64,000 nt of DNA from Lytechinus pictus (taxonomy: Eukaryota), in NCBI RefSeq assembly GCF_037042905.1, contig NC_087263.1, positions 14,014,001 to 14,078,000 on the forward strand, in the 5' to 3' direction. The notes below the pieces were generated by a model, which saw only the letters and a program-made list of their open reading frames with translations, was not told the origin of the DNA and searched no databases. Every line of letters starts with the position of its first letter. Position 1 is the stretch's first letter. The position numbers and the translations under genes are program-made. Of this stretch, positions 47,910-61,421 are shown piece after piece.

Positions 47910-48480
47910 GCAATTGTACTCTGTATACATTCCCTAATTGAAAAGATCACACAGAAGTTATACAAAACCAACAACAAACTTAATCCCATAACCAAACCCA
48001 AGCTTATAATTCTAGAATCATATTAATTATAAGAGTCTGAATACGCATTTATATTGCATTCCTAAATAATTATGAATCTAGTTATCTCGTATATATTTCC
48101 ACTCCATTTGCAGAAAGAGACATGCAACTTTGCCTATTTACTTTGGGATTTGCAAAAAAAAATTTATTATTATTATTTCAACGACTGTACATTTTATCAC
48201 GGAAATGTTTATAAGCCATGAAATAACTCAACGGGAGAAACTGGGATATTCAGTCAATATTCTCCTGTTTTATGCATTCGCTGACACTTGAAACTAAATT
48301 TATACCGTCAAATAGATTCACGGGAAATTCTAGTAAATAATCTAAAAGAACGAAGGAATGTGGTTTTCTTTATTTGAGATTTCAGGGCAATGCCTCGAAA
48401 ACCACGAACATGTCTGGTTTGGATTGTTAAGTGGACATGAATACGTAAAATCCTAAATGTTGATCTGTGGTGTTTCTTAA

Positions 48481-49051
48481 AGGGATGTTCCGGGCTGAAG
48501 ATATTTATATCTAAAATAAATAGAGTAGAATTCACAGAGCAAAATGCTGACAATTTCATCAAAATCGGATAAAAAATAACGAAATTATTGAAATTTAAAG
48601 TTTAACAATATTTTGTGAAAACATTTATATGCACGTCATCATGAATATTCATTAGGTGGGCCTTTTTCTTAGGTTATTACATAAAATCATATTTGTTTCA
48701 TTTTTTCATACATGTGTAAATGATTGTGTTTCCGTTATAATGAAACAAGTTGCCGCAATAACTCATGCACTTAATCAGTTGACAATCCTATTTTTTTAGT
48801 TCTTGATAGAAAATGTTTAATAAACCTAATTTCATATAATAAAATACAAAAGAACAAGTGGGGATATGACATCATTAGTTTGCTCATTGAATATTTATTA
48901 AATTCATGCCTAGAAATGTTTCACCGGAATAATGCAAATCTTCAAGAACTTTGTTATTTGTTATCCAATTTTGATCCAATTTTAAGCATTTTGCTTTGTG
49001 AATGTTACTCTATTTATTGAGATATGAATATCTTCAGCCCCGAGCATCCCT
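48481..49051. mobile_element. Kolobok-like non-autonomous element (TTAA TSD)
   Basis: TTAA|AGGGATGTTCCGGGCTGAAGATATT...AATATCTTCAGCCCCGAGCATCCCT|TTAA; shares AATGCTGA-AATTTCATCAAAATCGGAT with 3024-3629. Confidence 0.9.
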
Positions 49052-49064
49052 TTAACGACACTTT

Positions 49065-49365
49065 ACCGGGTTTTCGCACCGACAAGCAAGACGAATTCTA
49101 GAACACAGTAAATGTATTGAAAATGCCCGTCAAAAGGCAATGAACAGCTGAGAGGTCTTTGTCGAAATATCGTGAATCGGAACATAGGGTTCGTCCTAAG
49201 TATGGGAGGTGAAGAAAATTGCAAAATATGTCGTTTGTCCATAGTCCGAGGAGAAAATTCTTATTTTTGACAAAGACTTCTTGGTTGTTTTTTGTTATGA
49301 CGGGCATTTGACAATACATTTTCTACGATCTTGACTCCGTCATGCGTAGTGGAGCAAAAACACCC
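49065..49365. mobile_element. MITE (family of 5073-5365)
   Basis: CAATGAACAGCTGAGAGGTCTTTGTCGAAA...GACAAAGACTTCTTGGTTG. Confidence 0.8.
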
Positions 49366-49484
49366 TTATTGTCATATTCGGACACAGCGAGAAGTTTTAA
49401 TACACGGAAGTTTAAAATAATTTGTAGCAAACACATTTGAGGAAATTCTCCAAGCTTAGCAAAGGTTCTAATAACGCCTTGAAC

Positions 49485-49487
<3 letters not shown>

Positions 49488-49524
<37 letters not shown>
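49488..49524. repeat. (TA)n microsatellite
   Basis: About 18 uninterrupted TA units. Confidence 0.95.
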
Positions 49525-49527
<3 letters not shown>

Positions 49528-51474
49528 GCTGATGATAATGTTTTGATTGCCAATAAAGTTTTTATATATACATGTATATATATGTATATATATATAAAGC
49601 GGAATTTATGAACGAAGATTTGATACTGAAAGTTCCGTGTGATTTATGCCGAAATGAAAATTAAACAAAAATCTCGGGCACTCGATCTTTTGCTGGATAT
49701 GTTTAATATTTCCATAAAAGAAATGAAATGTAAAATTTCAGATTTATATTAACAACATTGTCTAGGATAATGAAGGCAAAGAAATTAATACAATTGTTAG
49801 ATTTATTATCATGATTTATTGATTCGATTATGAATTACCCGTATTAATCTACTTCTCTTGAATTTCATCTTTAACTAGCTCCATCTCAACCCCCCCCCCC
49901 TTCCTCACCAGTCATTCATACTTTGTCCCTGTCCACTTCAGATATCAAAGAACAAAACTGATCCACTCCTTTCATCACAAACTAGGAATAATGATTGCAA
50001 CCCGAGCCCCCCTCTTCTCCAAAAATACTTCCCGAATTCGCCAAATTTCCGGGCTGTTTTAACACCTGCTACGCGAGCGCTGTTTGCGACGGCGTACTTT
50101 ATGTAAACGAGACGAAAAATATTCAAAGGAAAGGGAAAGCAAATCGATTGGGAGTCGGCAGAGACTTGTCATATGAGTGGAGAGGGATTTTAAAGAGGGT
50201 AGAGGGGTGTGAATGCCCCCCCCCTCAAAAAATATATCGGAAGTTCAGAATCCTGGTAATACTTTGTTCTTGCCGCCCTTCACCCAGGTTTCAACAAGCA
50301 AAAGTTCATCGAAACTAAATCATTCTTTGGCAGCAGTTCAATCTTGCCTCTCTCCATCCTGGTATTAAATAATTTAAACATGACAAGCAAGGATTGATAA
50401 TTTTTTTAAAGCAAAACGAGATGAATACGTATAGTATTGACAAGGAAGAAAGAATAGAGAGTTTGCGGAGAATTGGCAAATGAGAGGAGAGACATTTAGG
50501 AAGGGGTCGAGGGGGTATAAATGACCACCCACCCCCCTTGAACATCGTAGCTGAACTCCAACATCATCCGGCAATATTTCAATCTTGCCACTCTCAACCC
50601 AGGTGTTGAATGATTCAATGATGATAAGCAACACGAAATTTGCAGGAGATTGTAAAGTTACTGCACAACGAGGTGCTGATTCCCCGCACTGTGGGTGCTA
50701 AAAAATATCGCATGGGGCATTTGTGGCCGCAAAAAGGGGTAGAGGGCAAAACAAGATTTTTTAGGGATCCCCCCCCCCCCCCCGCGCAACCAAGCCCATA
50801 ATAGACATGACACAAGCCCATAAAGTGCTGAATTTAACACTTTATCTTTTGTACTGAATACATTTTCAAACTAACAAAATTATAAAAAAAACTAAAAATT
50901 AGGGAAAGAAATTTCAGAGATCTTTCGGTAATTTATTGGGCCCACACCTGTCAAGGTTCATTCATTCTTTCTTTTCTCCCTCTCATGTTTTGCTAGATAT
51001 CACTAGAATGGGAGCTCTCCGTCATTTCCTCCATTTTCCCCCTCTTTCATCATATTTTTGTCTTATTCGATCATGGAACTCCATTCTCTATTTTCCTCAC
51101 AGCTCGATGCATCCCATATTTCCAAAATCCACCCGGGCTTACACTAATCGTGACTTTGCCTACGGAATGACGACTACAAATCCCGATCGATCAAATATAA
51201 AAAAATCGAGAGGCGAAAAGATGACTTCAAAAAGCCCTTCTCTTGGTTTTCACATCCACCTCGCATGCAATCGATTCCTCAAGAGCGTAATCGAACCCCC
51301 AATGTACCGCTCGACGATCGGCCAAGCGAACACAAGAGTCGGTGATACAACGACCACAGATATTTTTTCGCATCTGAAAACGAACTACTGTACAAACCCC
51401 TCCCATCCCCTACCGTAATCCTCTCCAACTTCAAGCTATGAAAGAAGCAAACATAACTTAAGAGAATATGGACT

Positions 51475-51742
51475 TTCTGCATCGCGACGCAGAACGCTTT
51501 CAAAAACCTAGAAAATGTATTGTCAAATGCTCTTCATGAAAAAGGGCCGACTGTCGAAAATGGTGAATCAAAACTGAAGTTTCGTCTTGGACTCTGGACA
51601 AGCGACAAATTGGAAATCTTTCGTCAGCTCCGAAAACAAAAAACTTCCAGCTGTTCATTGTCATTTTGACGGGCATTGTCATAATACATTTACTGTGTTT
51701 TTGAATTTTTTGTGCGTCGGTGTTGTGAAAACTGGCAATTAC
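51475..51742. mobile_element. MITE (family of 5073-5365), inverted
   Basis: CCAGCTGTTCATTGTCATTTTGACGGGCAT and TTTCGTCTTGGACTCTGGACAA are reverse complements of the other copies. Confidence 0.8.
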
Positions 51743-53080
51743 ATTTTTGAAAAAGGCCCGGTAAAAAGGCGGGAAAGGAAAAGGACATCAAAATCGTTTT
51801 GTGTGACGATCACGATATACCGTTCGACAAAGTGCATGCATAAGACTGTCTGATACGAAAGCACGGATTTCTCGCTGAGGCGACAGATTATTCTGAGCAC
51901 GATATAAGATATCATTATTCCATGAATGACAATTTCTACTCTCATTTATTTCGTGTATCAGGTTTCAAATAATGGATGTAAGCAATCCGACACCCACATT
52001 TTCTTCCCACACTATAAAAAAAACAGTCAAAAATGACTAGTTAATAAAGTCAGCTGGGTGCAATTGTTATTCTAGTCATATGATTCAAGAGCGCCAAGCC
52101 TCGAAATCTATTTTGTAGAAGAAAATGTAGAAACAAAATAATGTGAAACAATGAAGGATATAAATATTGAAATAAGCTGAAGAATCCAAAGAGCCTTCCC
52201 CTCTCGAATGATTCCCCTCCCACACACACACACACACACACCAACACACACATATTCAAGTGCGTGCGAAAACAGCAGCTCATGTTCATGCCTCTCATAA
52301 GCACATCCAAGCACTTACAAAAGGTAATTGTTAATGCACGTTTTTAGTATAAATTACCAGTCAGAATGGAAGTCCCTCCCCAATGTCGGAAATAAAACAG
52401 ACTATGTCGAATGAGAATGCCTCCCCGTCATGCCTTGCAATGTCAAAATCAAGATTCAAGATCTCCCGGATTTGGGTTGGATTTTACACGGATCCTTATT
52501 AAATTAAATAGAGAAGGTGTAGACAATTGTGAAGTTAATTGTTTCTAATCGGTTCAGAATAATTCCCAAAAGATGGTTATGGTCGAAGCCAAAGTTCGAT
52601 TCGAAATCAAATTTAAGTATGAAAAAGGGAGCGAAGCGTAATGTCCCACATCCCCCGCCCAGTTCGAAATTTGATAACCCTTTTTTCAGTTGTCACAGTG
52701 TTCTGTTATGTTAAAGTGCGACCTCTTTTTTACTTACTTTTTGTAGGCCCTTTTTTTATTTTTACTTATTAATCTTCTTCTTTTTTTGGGGGGGGGGCTT
52801 GACAGAAAAAAAACTTCACGGGAAAGTCCTTCCGGATATAACGGTGACCCCAAAGCCATTGAATCTATACTTTTTTTTAATTAAAATCTATTTTGTTTTT
52901 ATTTATTCTGTTCTAACAATCACATGAGGTAAGTGTGTATATGGACAAATTTCCAATAAGCTTGTAGATGGTGGTGCATTGGATAATCCACCCCTATGTC
53001 ATTGAACTATTAATAATACGTGGCTATCTGCCAGTATCAACATGGGAGGAGTACATCCTATTAATGATGATAGCATACTG

Positions 53081-53286
53081 TCAGGTTGGGTCGGTAGAGC
53101 GGGGGACTCGTATTCCGGTGACCCGGGTTCGATTCTCACTTGGTGCGCTAGTGCCCTTTGGTAAGGCATTAATCCTCAGTACCAGGTCCTTCGGAGATGA
53201 CCTTAAGCCGTCGGTCCTCTGGTTGCTTGCTTACAAGCATTCATGCTTTCTTAGCAATCAGGTAAAAAATCACCACCAATACCAGT
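53081..53286 (+). mobile_element. tRNA-derived SINE with core and Deu/Nin-like motif
   Basis: GGTAGAGCG..GGGTTCGATTCTC head, GTGCCCTTTGGTAAGGCATTAATCC core, and GTCCTTCGGAGATGACCTTAAGCCGTCGGTCC (53186-53217). Confidence 0.8.
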
Positions 53287-53350
53287 ATTGGTTTACACTG
53301 TAGAACAAATGCACCAGTCAAGAAAGTAATTCCTCTGTCATGCACACTAA

Positions 53351-53641
53351 GGCCCGTATTCTCAAGTCAGGTATAACTTAGACCATGGTGCTAAAATTAT
53401 GGGAAGCCAAAAGTGTCAAAATTGTTATGTTTCTTATGTTTACTGCGCTCTTTCCAGATTCATCGATGGTGAAGACAATCGTCTATTTATACATCCTAGA
53501 CAATTATGAATGATTTGAGAGCCAAATGAGCTGATATATGGTATCTCTACTATTAGCGATTTATGTAAAAATTGGATATCCATACTTAAACCACAACTTT
53601 AAACCCGAGTTTAAGATAAACCCGACTTCAGAATATGGGCC
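53351..53641. mobile_element. Harbinger/Tourist-like MITE with TAA TSD
   Basis: TAA|GGCCCGTATTCTCAAGTC...GACTTCAGAATATGGGCC|TAA. Confidence 0.9.
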
Positions 53642-54212
53642 TAAGAAAGAAAAGTTCAAGGTTGCAACCTAGAAGAAATACTGGTATCACCTATATGGGT
53701 GCAATCGTGCACCCTAGGTGAAAAAGGTGCATAAGTTCACCATTTTACTTTAGGTTTTCCCGCTCAATTTCGCACTTAGTGCATGCAAGAGTATAAATAG
53801 TTCATTCAATTTCGCTAAAGAGCAACCAAAAATTAAAACTAGTCATTCAAAATCGCCACAGGGCCGCCAAAAATTCATAATGGGCATTCAGTTTGGCTAT
53901 AGAGCAATCAAAAGTGTAAAAACATCATTCAGATTCGCCATAGTGCACTCAACACCGGAGGTCACGTGACTGAAGACAGAGCGTTCAATTTTGCTATTGG
54001 GTATCCATGTTCATATCTAGTGCATTCAATTTACATGACTTGTAATACATATTCAAACATTCTTCGCTTGTTTTTCCCAACCTGCAGTATGTGTGCCACC
54101 AGTGACCATTCATAAAACTGCACTGAACAATTTACATTATTCTTTACAGATGCTTGTAAAAAATCATGTAAATTACATAAAAGCAGTGGCCTGCTTATTT
54201 ATGAAGTTATAT

Positions 54213-54766
54213 ACCATCTGCAATTACGATATCATATTAAGTATATACATTTAGTTATTGTTTTTTTAAGAATATAAAAGGTTCAAAAAGAATTATATAA
54301 GGGAAGAAAACCGTAGTCAATGTCTTAAGTTTTGATGAAAAGATTATTGTTTTAAATTATTAAAGGCATATGAAAACAGATACAAGATAAAAAAAACAAT
54401 AAAAGTATGTTATGAAAGAAGAAAATCGTGATATTGTATACATGCTAAAGTAATCAATGGCTGAAAAAAGACAGAATTTTGTGCTTTGAACTTTAACATG
54501 TAAATTTCATACCAAAGATCTGTAAAATATAACCATCTGCAATTACGATATCATATTAAGTATATACATTTAGTTATTATGTTTTTAAAGCATATAAAAG
54601 GTTAAAAAAGAATTATATAAGGGAAGAAAACCGTAGTCAATGTCTTAAGTTTTGATGAAAAGATTATTGTTTTAAATGATTAAAGTCATATGAAAACAGA
54701 TGCAAGATAAAAAGAACATTAAACGTAAATATGAAAAAAGAAAATCATGATATTGTATACATGCTA
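54213..54766. repeat. ~235-bp direct duplication (54213-54447 and 54532-54766)
   Basis: ACCATCTGCAATTACGATATCATATTAAG...TATTGTATACATGCTA occurs twice with few differences, period ~319 bp. Confidence 0.92.
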
Positions 54767-55808
54767 TGATTATGTCTCTAGTCAATGCATATATCGAAGA
54801 GATGGTGCAAATGACAAGAAAATATACATTAAGAACAAAAAAATTACAAAGATAAAAAAGACATATGAATTAACACAGGGAAATGTCAGGAAATTTTCCC
54901 TCTGTTAATTCATATGCCTTTAGCCATCCGATATTTATATTTTTCGGTGATTTAATATGGACATAGTAAGCCCATAAAATGGAAGAAAATATAAACATGA
55001 GAAAATTATAAAACAAATAGAAAAAAATACGTGTGCTAAATTGCATGCACAAATTGTATGATTGGATGCACAATGGCGAAATTGAATGCTCTAACATAGC
55101 CGGAGGGGGTTTCGCGGGCGAACTTGGTTGCACTATGTACAAATTCGTATGCCGAATGGCGGATTTGTTTGCTCTAGAGCGATTATGAATGCCAAATGGC
55201 CATTTTGGTTGCACTATAGCAAATTTGAATGCCGACTGGTGATTTTGGCTGCCCTGTCTAATAGATTGAATGACCTATTTATACTTTGTCATGCACCATG
55301 TGCGAAATTAAATGACCTATCTTTACTTTTGCATGCACTAAGCATGCTAAGTGCGAAATTGGACGGGAAAACCTATATTATATTTGCACCAAGAATTGCT
55401 CGTTTGCATCCTAAAAGGTGCAGCATTGCACCGCTTAAGGTGCATAATATTTGACGCTGAGAAAGGTTCAAATTTGCACTTTTTTTACATAGTTGGTCTC
55501 TGCAGCATATTAGGGAGCTCAATGTCGCCAACTACATCCTTATAGGTGCACAAATGAGCATAATTAGACTTATTAGCACTCCTTAGGGTAGTGTTATTTT
55601 GTAAGAACCCCTTGGGAACGTTTAAATTTGAACCCCTATTTTTTAGTTTGTTTGTAAAAAAAACACTATCAGATTTATTAAATGTACTATGATAAAGGAA
55701 TAATACCCATGAAGGTTGTTGTCCAAGAGCACAAGAGATGTGACCTGGTGAACATGAATCGAACCCATAATTTTTTCGTTCTTAGAGACGAGTTTTTGGA
55801 CCATTCGG

Positions 55809-55844
<36 letters not shown>

Positions 55845-56328
55845 ATGTGACACCTCTAGACCACTGGCGTAATGAGCAAAAAACAAAGCAAAAACAAAAA
55901 TGGGGAGCATAAGATCGCGTATGGGCAAAATACCTTCATGACCTTTGAACATAAAAAAATGTTTAATAAATTTAGACGTAATTTACGGAATATAATATCT
56001 TATATATATTTTTTTTTCTCGGTCATGGAATTCTTTTTTTTTTTGGGGGGGGGGGGGTAAACAGTGCCCCTTAACCACTCCTCATCTGCATGTCAGTGCT
56101 CTACACAATTCATCTTTCAACATCATCGAGAGAAAACACACGAACAGAGGACGGTGGAATTTTACTCTCTCACTGAGTCAAAGCCACTTCGAAGTCAATA
56201 TCGGAATAAAAATTCGAACTCGGTGTCACCTACTCAACACCGACATTGTAACACTTACTCCGTTTCCAAACTTCACCATAAAGTCACAATGACGTGCCAG
56301 TGCAATGCCGTTTTAAAGGCAAACTCCG

Positions 56329-56388
<60 letters not shown>

Positions 56389-56410
56389 ACTACTAGTAGT
56401 AGTAGTAGTT

Positions 56411-56450
<40 letters not shown>

Positions 56451-56468
56451 AAGTAGTAGTAGTAGTTG
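56329..56468. repeat. (TAG)n microsatellite
   Basis: About 45 units with a few interruptions; explains the poly-S/T/Y/L ORFs. Confidence 0.97.
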
Positions 56469-57169
56469 TACACCTATTTGTACCAACATAAAATACAATG
56501 TTCGCAGAGTTGAACAAAACTTACGCAGAATTATAAAAATCAGAAACCATGCATAAAGATATCTGCCATACGATTTTTTTTTCAGGAAAATTAATTACGG
56601 AGGATGAGCAAATGAAGATTAGGAAAAATGTCCGTCCATTTACAGTGTGGTCCCACATTTTGTTCCTGTGTTAGCTATATACCAAGAAAAGCACGTGGTA
56701 ATGAAATAATTATAATTTCAAGCAACCCTGGATCATTTTCATTAAACTTTATTATTTGGAAAAAAAGCATTCTGGCGTATGATGAACACTAGGATTGCTT
56801 CCAACCATTTCCTATCGAAAATAGATTTCTATACCAGAACTCAAACTTGCCTTTAAATTCACTTCGATTTCATCGTCAACTCTCTTGGGTACACCAGTTT
56901 ACCATTTTGAGTGGTCTTCGCAGAGAGATCTTGAAAAGTCGGTCCTTCAAGCCCCGATTCAGTATTCTCTTCAGCCCCTTGAGATCCCGAAAGTCGGATC
57001 CTTACAGTCGAGGTTGTTTTGCTTGAGTGACAGGCCAAGGGGGTCATCCAAACCTACCCCATGTCCATACACACACACCCACCCACACACGCACACACCC
57101 GCAAATCGACACGCCACCTCTTAACAATAACCATCCGTTTCTACAAACAAAATCCCACGCCAAACCGTT

Positions 57170-57225
57170 CATATCATTCAGCAAGAATGTATTCACATTG
57201 TGCTGCACTCAACCCAGGTGAGGTA
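57170..57225 (+). mobile_element. SINE central-core fragment
   Basis: CAGCAAGAA..CACATTGTGCTGCACTCAACCCAGGTGAGGTA is nearly identical to 44525-44572. Confidence 0.75.
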
Positions 57226-57669
57226 TTCAAATGACAGACCAAGGGCATAATTCATGTAATATCGACACAAAGTCTAAACACTGTGTCACACTCTTACACT
57301 GATCCCCACCCTCCACTCAATAACCGCCTACTTTGACTAATAAAATACTATCCCACGGGCAAATTTCCTCCAGCAAAGAATAAAATGAGGATTAGGGTTC
57401 AAGATGGAGAAGAGTGGCGGGTGTTTAAAGAATCCTTGGGGAACGCCAGCACGCTGAACAGAATGTATAGAATAACACGTTTCCGAAAGGGGTTTTTTTG
57501 ATACGGGACAGTAACATAGAGTACGGTATAGTTCAGTTTAAAAAGGTGAATTCTTGCAACCCCCCAGCGCATGATCTAGGAATATGAACAGGCACCACCT
57601 CAAGGTTTATCATGACATTTTCATGAGAAAACAGCGTCCATTCTTGGATCAAGGAGGACAGATTTGCTC

Positions 57670-57930
57670 TGGGCCGTATCCGTAAAACGTTTGTCATCAA
57701 GCTGTCAGACCTGTCAACTTTCCTTGATTTTAATTGGCTGAGAAGCGCCGTCACTGTCGGATAAAACAGTGAAGCGTTTCATGAAGGAATTATCCGACAT
57801 TTCATCCGACAAGCCCCATTTTATCCGACAGTTAACATGGTAAAAGTGCTTCCAAGACAATCACACTCGGGGAAAGTTGTGAGAGCTGACAAAATGTTGG
57901 ACAAAATATCTTGCTGAACTCTCTCCTGGA
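57670..57930. mobile_element. MITE of the CCAAT-containing family
   Basis: ATTGGCTGAGAAGC..ACTGTCGGATAAAA and its inverted TTTTATCCGACAGT; related to 2100-2250. Confidence 0.6.
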
Positions 57931-57976
57931 TATTTCATCCATCATGTTATTTCATGAATTGTTCTCAGGGATAATA

Positions 57977-58488
57977 TATGAGACGCCGATTGTACCAATA
58001 TTATATAGCACAATTATTTGTTATATAATCATTATTTATTAAATAATAACTATTATTTATATATAATTTTCATTTGATTTGTAAATGATTACTATTATAT
58101 AAAATAATATTTCTAATTATTTATATATAATTCCAAGTAATACTCCATTATTTATAAATAATGATTATTTGTTTTTCATTATTTATAAATAATGATTATT
58201 TGTTTTTCATTATTTAGAAATAATGAAGAAAAAAAAATCAGTATTTATAAATAATGAAAAACAAATAATCATTATTTATAAATAATGGAATGTCGAACTA
58301 TTATTATTTACAAATAATGAAGTATTACTTGGAATTATATATAAATAATAAGAAATTTTATTTTATATAATAGTAATTATTTACAAATAAAATGTAAATT
58401 ATATATAAATAATAGTTATTATTTAATAAACAATGATTATATAACAAATAATTGTTCTATATAATATTGGTACAATCGGTGCCTCATA
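57977..58488. mobile_element. ~510-bp extremely AT-rich fold-back element
   Basis: TATGAGACGCCGATTGTACCAATATTATATAG...CTATATAATATTGGTACAATCGGTGCCTCATA, with arms complementary almost to the centre. Confidence 0.9.
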
Positions 58489-60065
58489 ATGATAAGTGTT
58501 GGCTTGCGCAAAATATGCTCGCATGTTGTTCCTTTTCTCCTAAGGTTTTACGTCCTCCAAGCTCCTATCTCGAACAGAAAGCCCCTTAATGTCAGATGAT
58601 GTTCTTTGACGAATATACCCATCAAGAGCATTCGATAAAATAATGCTGCAATGCAAACTATTTCCACGTATTATGAATCGAGTATCCAATTTCAGTCGGC
58701 TCAAAGTTATGCTCATTTAATCCCAGGCATTCCTAAATCATGTATTTTCTTAATCCCCCCTCCTTCATCCTCCTCCTCTTTTATTCCATTTCAATTTCCA
58801 TCATGTCAATCGTCTGGTTATTTGTTCATTTCTAATGATGAAGGCGTGTAATATTCAAGGATCTCGCTGCGGATTTCCAATTCATATTTTCTTTGATATA
58901 TTTCCTACATTTTCCATTCTTTCTACGGGTGGGTGTACAGGGGTGTGGGAGCAGCTAGGGTGATTGGGAAGTTTGATTGCAGCTTTATTGTAACTTTACA
59001 ATGACAGCTATTTAATTGTTTTTGTTTTCGTCCAACTTCACTTTCGGCGCCACGCCCACGCTTCTGATCTCATTTTTCTTACAAACTCGGAATATAATCC
59101 CCAAATATGCACATTAATATAAACAGAAGATTCGCAAGTAAAAGTGAAGTGTGCGGGCGGAATAAATGGTCTCTTGTCAAAAAGTAATTATTTGAAGATT
59201 AATCAAGCACCGTTGAAACGATGTGCTTGAACGGCGTTTCGTTTCAAATGCTTTTCTAAAATAATTTGAACAAACAAAATGAAATACGTTTTTAAAAGCT
59301 TCGATAGAGATACGATGTGCTACAAATTTTTCGAAATTTCAAATTCATTCATAATCATAACTCCAGACTAGTCAATTGACGTTTCCTTCTTTCTACACAA
59401 TCAATACCTTGATTTTATTTCATATTTCTTTTGCCCTCCTCCTTCTTCTCCTCCTCCTTTTTTCTTATCATTTTCGTATTCTCTTCTTCTTATTCTTCTT
59501 GTTTGTTTTCTCTTGTTCCTCTTCCTTTATTCACTCTACTCATTCCTTAGGTATTTTTCCTGTCGAAGCCCCATATTTAATCTAAAGACTGGATAATACC
59601 AAATCTCAGAAATCATCTCACGACGATCTCTCGTTGTTGTCAACAGCCAATTTCATTACTTCAATGGATTTTGTGAACGTGATCCAGTCTCCTCTCTAGG
59701 GCTGTGTACCCTATATCAAATTATTTTGCGGGTCAATCAATCCACCGTCTCATAAATTGGTTCCACCTAAATCTGATATAGGGCCATTTACATAAATTTA
59801 GAGCATGTTGAATCAAAATCTTGCCCGATAATTCGGAGTATTTGATATACGAATTTCAAAATGAAGTAGAGTCTAGACATTACAAACTTCTTTTTAAATA
59901 CAAACTTTCGCCCTCAATGACTGCAAATAGCTATCCCAGGACCGATGCTTTCCACATAAACGGGGATGGGGCTCACAGATATAATTTTTATGTCGGCAAC
60001 ATTGAAAGGTTAATCAATGTTACAGAGGCATTTTTAGAAGATGCCCATTTCTACTCTTCAACATA

Positions 60066-60261
60066 CACTCTTAAAAATGTTGGGCAACATACGGTCCACA
60101 CAACAATTGGTTAAAACTTTATCCAATTCTGGGTAGTTTTACACCAATAATGTGTGCTTTGGGTGAAAACTACACAGTATTGGTGTAAAACTACCCAGAA
60201 TTGGATAAAGTTTTAACCAATTGTTGTGTGGACCGTATGTTGCCCAACATTTTTAAGAGTG
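60066..60261. mobile_element. CACTC-ended MITE with perfect 84-bp arms, TA flanks
   Basis: 60066-60149 is the exact reverse complement of 60178-60261, with a 28-bp loop. Confidence 0.95.
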
Positions 60262-61174
60262 TACACGAATTTGAAATCCGTGCCGTGTCACCCTCCCCCT
60301 CCCGCCCCCCCCCTGGAAAAATGAGGGAAATGGGGGTGGGGTGGAAAAGACCATGTATTAAAGTGTGTAAAATGTAATTTCCCCTCTATCATTTTTGTCA
60401 ATTGACACCTCTCCTCCTTTACTTTTGCTTGTCAGAAAATATTGATGAAAACTTGTAAACCCTCCCCTTAAAAAAGGGAAGGAAAATGGGGAAAACATAG
60501 AATGCTATAATTATGTAACCAAAAAAAAGTCGTTGCCCCTTCTTGTTGTCAAGTAACCCCCACCTGTAGGGGCACAAAATTAATGTGACCTAAAAATCAT
60601 GTATCCTCGCGAAAACAAGGCATCATAGGGATTTGATTGTTCGTTGTTCAACCAGACGGGTCGTCTAATTAAAAAGTATTCTCCGAAAGACATTAAACTG
60701 ATTACCAAGCCATAGCTGGAGAAGGGTTCAGATCTAATGAAAACGGACAGTCTTTCGTTAGGTGTGGGACTGAGAAGGCTGGAAGCATTGACGTATTTCC
60801 CGAATGAGACCTACTCACCTATACACCTAGCCTGTTATTATTTCATCAAGCATTCATGTGTTTCAATATGTGGTATTAAGATGGTTGAACATCGCGAGAA
60901 TGGATTCATGATTAACTAGAGAGGGGGGGGGCATAAAAATGACTAGTGAAAAGGGGGTTATTATGCGCAATACTCCTAGAAGGGGATTCGGGGAGGGCAA
61001 CGCTCACTGCACCACCCCCCCCCCCCGCCCCACGATCAGCTCCTAATACATCCTATATACGCGAGACAGAATTGACACTACCAAAACTTACACTGCATAA
61101 TATAGAGCCCTAGACACGGACACATTATCGTGCAGTCGTACCTATTATCTATACAATCGTAATAATTCCTTTTC

Positions 61175-61421
61175 TCCTACAAAAACTCTGGTGTTGACTT
61201 AACACCAGCCCGGAATCTATATATGTCCACACCAGAGAAGTATTGAAACAACACCAGTTTGGAATCAAAACGATGCTGTTTTAATACTAATTGGTGTTGT
61301 ATAAACACCTATCTGGTGTTAGACCAAAACGAAACTGGTTTGTTTAACACTTCTCTGGTGTGGACATAGGCCTATATATATTCCGGGCTGGTGTTAAATC
61401 AACACCAGAGTTTTTGCAGTG
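61175..61421. mobile_element. CACT-ended palindromic MITE (family of 41832-42073)
   Basis: CAAAAACTCTGGTGTTGA.TTAACACCAGCCCGGAAT / ATTCCGGGCTGGTGTTAAATCAACACCAGAGTTTTTG. Confidence 0.88.

Larger units (their letters stand above)
53345..55650. mobile_element. ~2.3-kb degenerate fold-back element with long inverted arms
   Basis: TAGGTTTTCCCGCTCAATTTCGCACTTAG (~53751) pairs with CTAAGTGCGAAATTGGACGGGAAAACCTA (~55348). CATTCAA..TCGC sub-repeats in the left arm are mirrored on the right. Ends approximate. Confidence 0.65.

Noticed and set aside
50936..51418. 160-aa ORF or minus-strand exon starting near 51372
   Set aside because: No recognisable domain; an acceptor is present but there is no convincing donor.
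56064..56517. Poly-Ser/Thr/Tyr/Leu ORFs
   Set aside because: Translation of the (TAG)n microsatellite.
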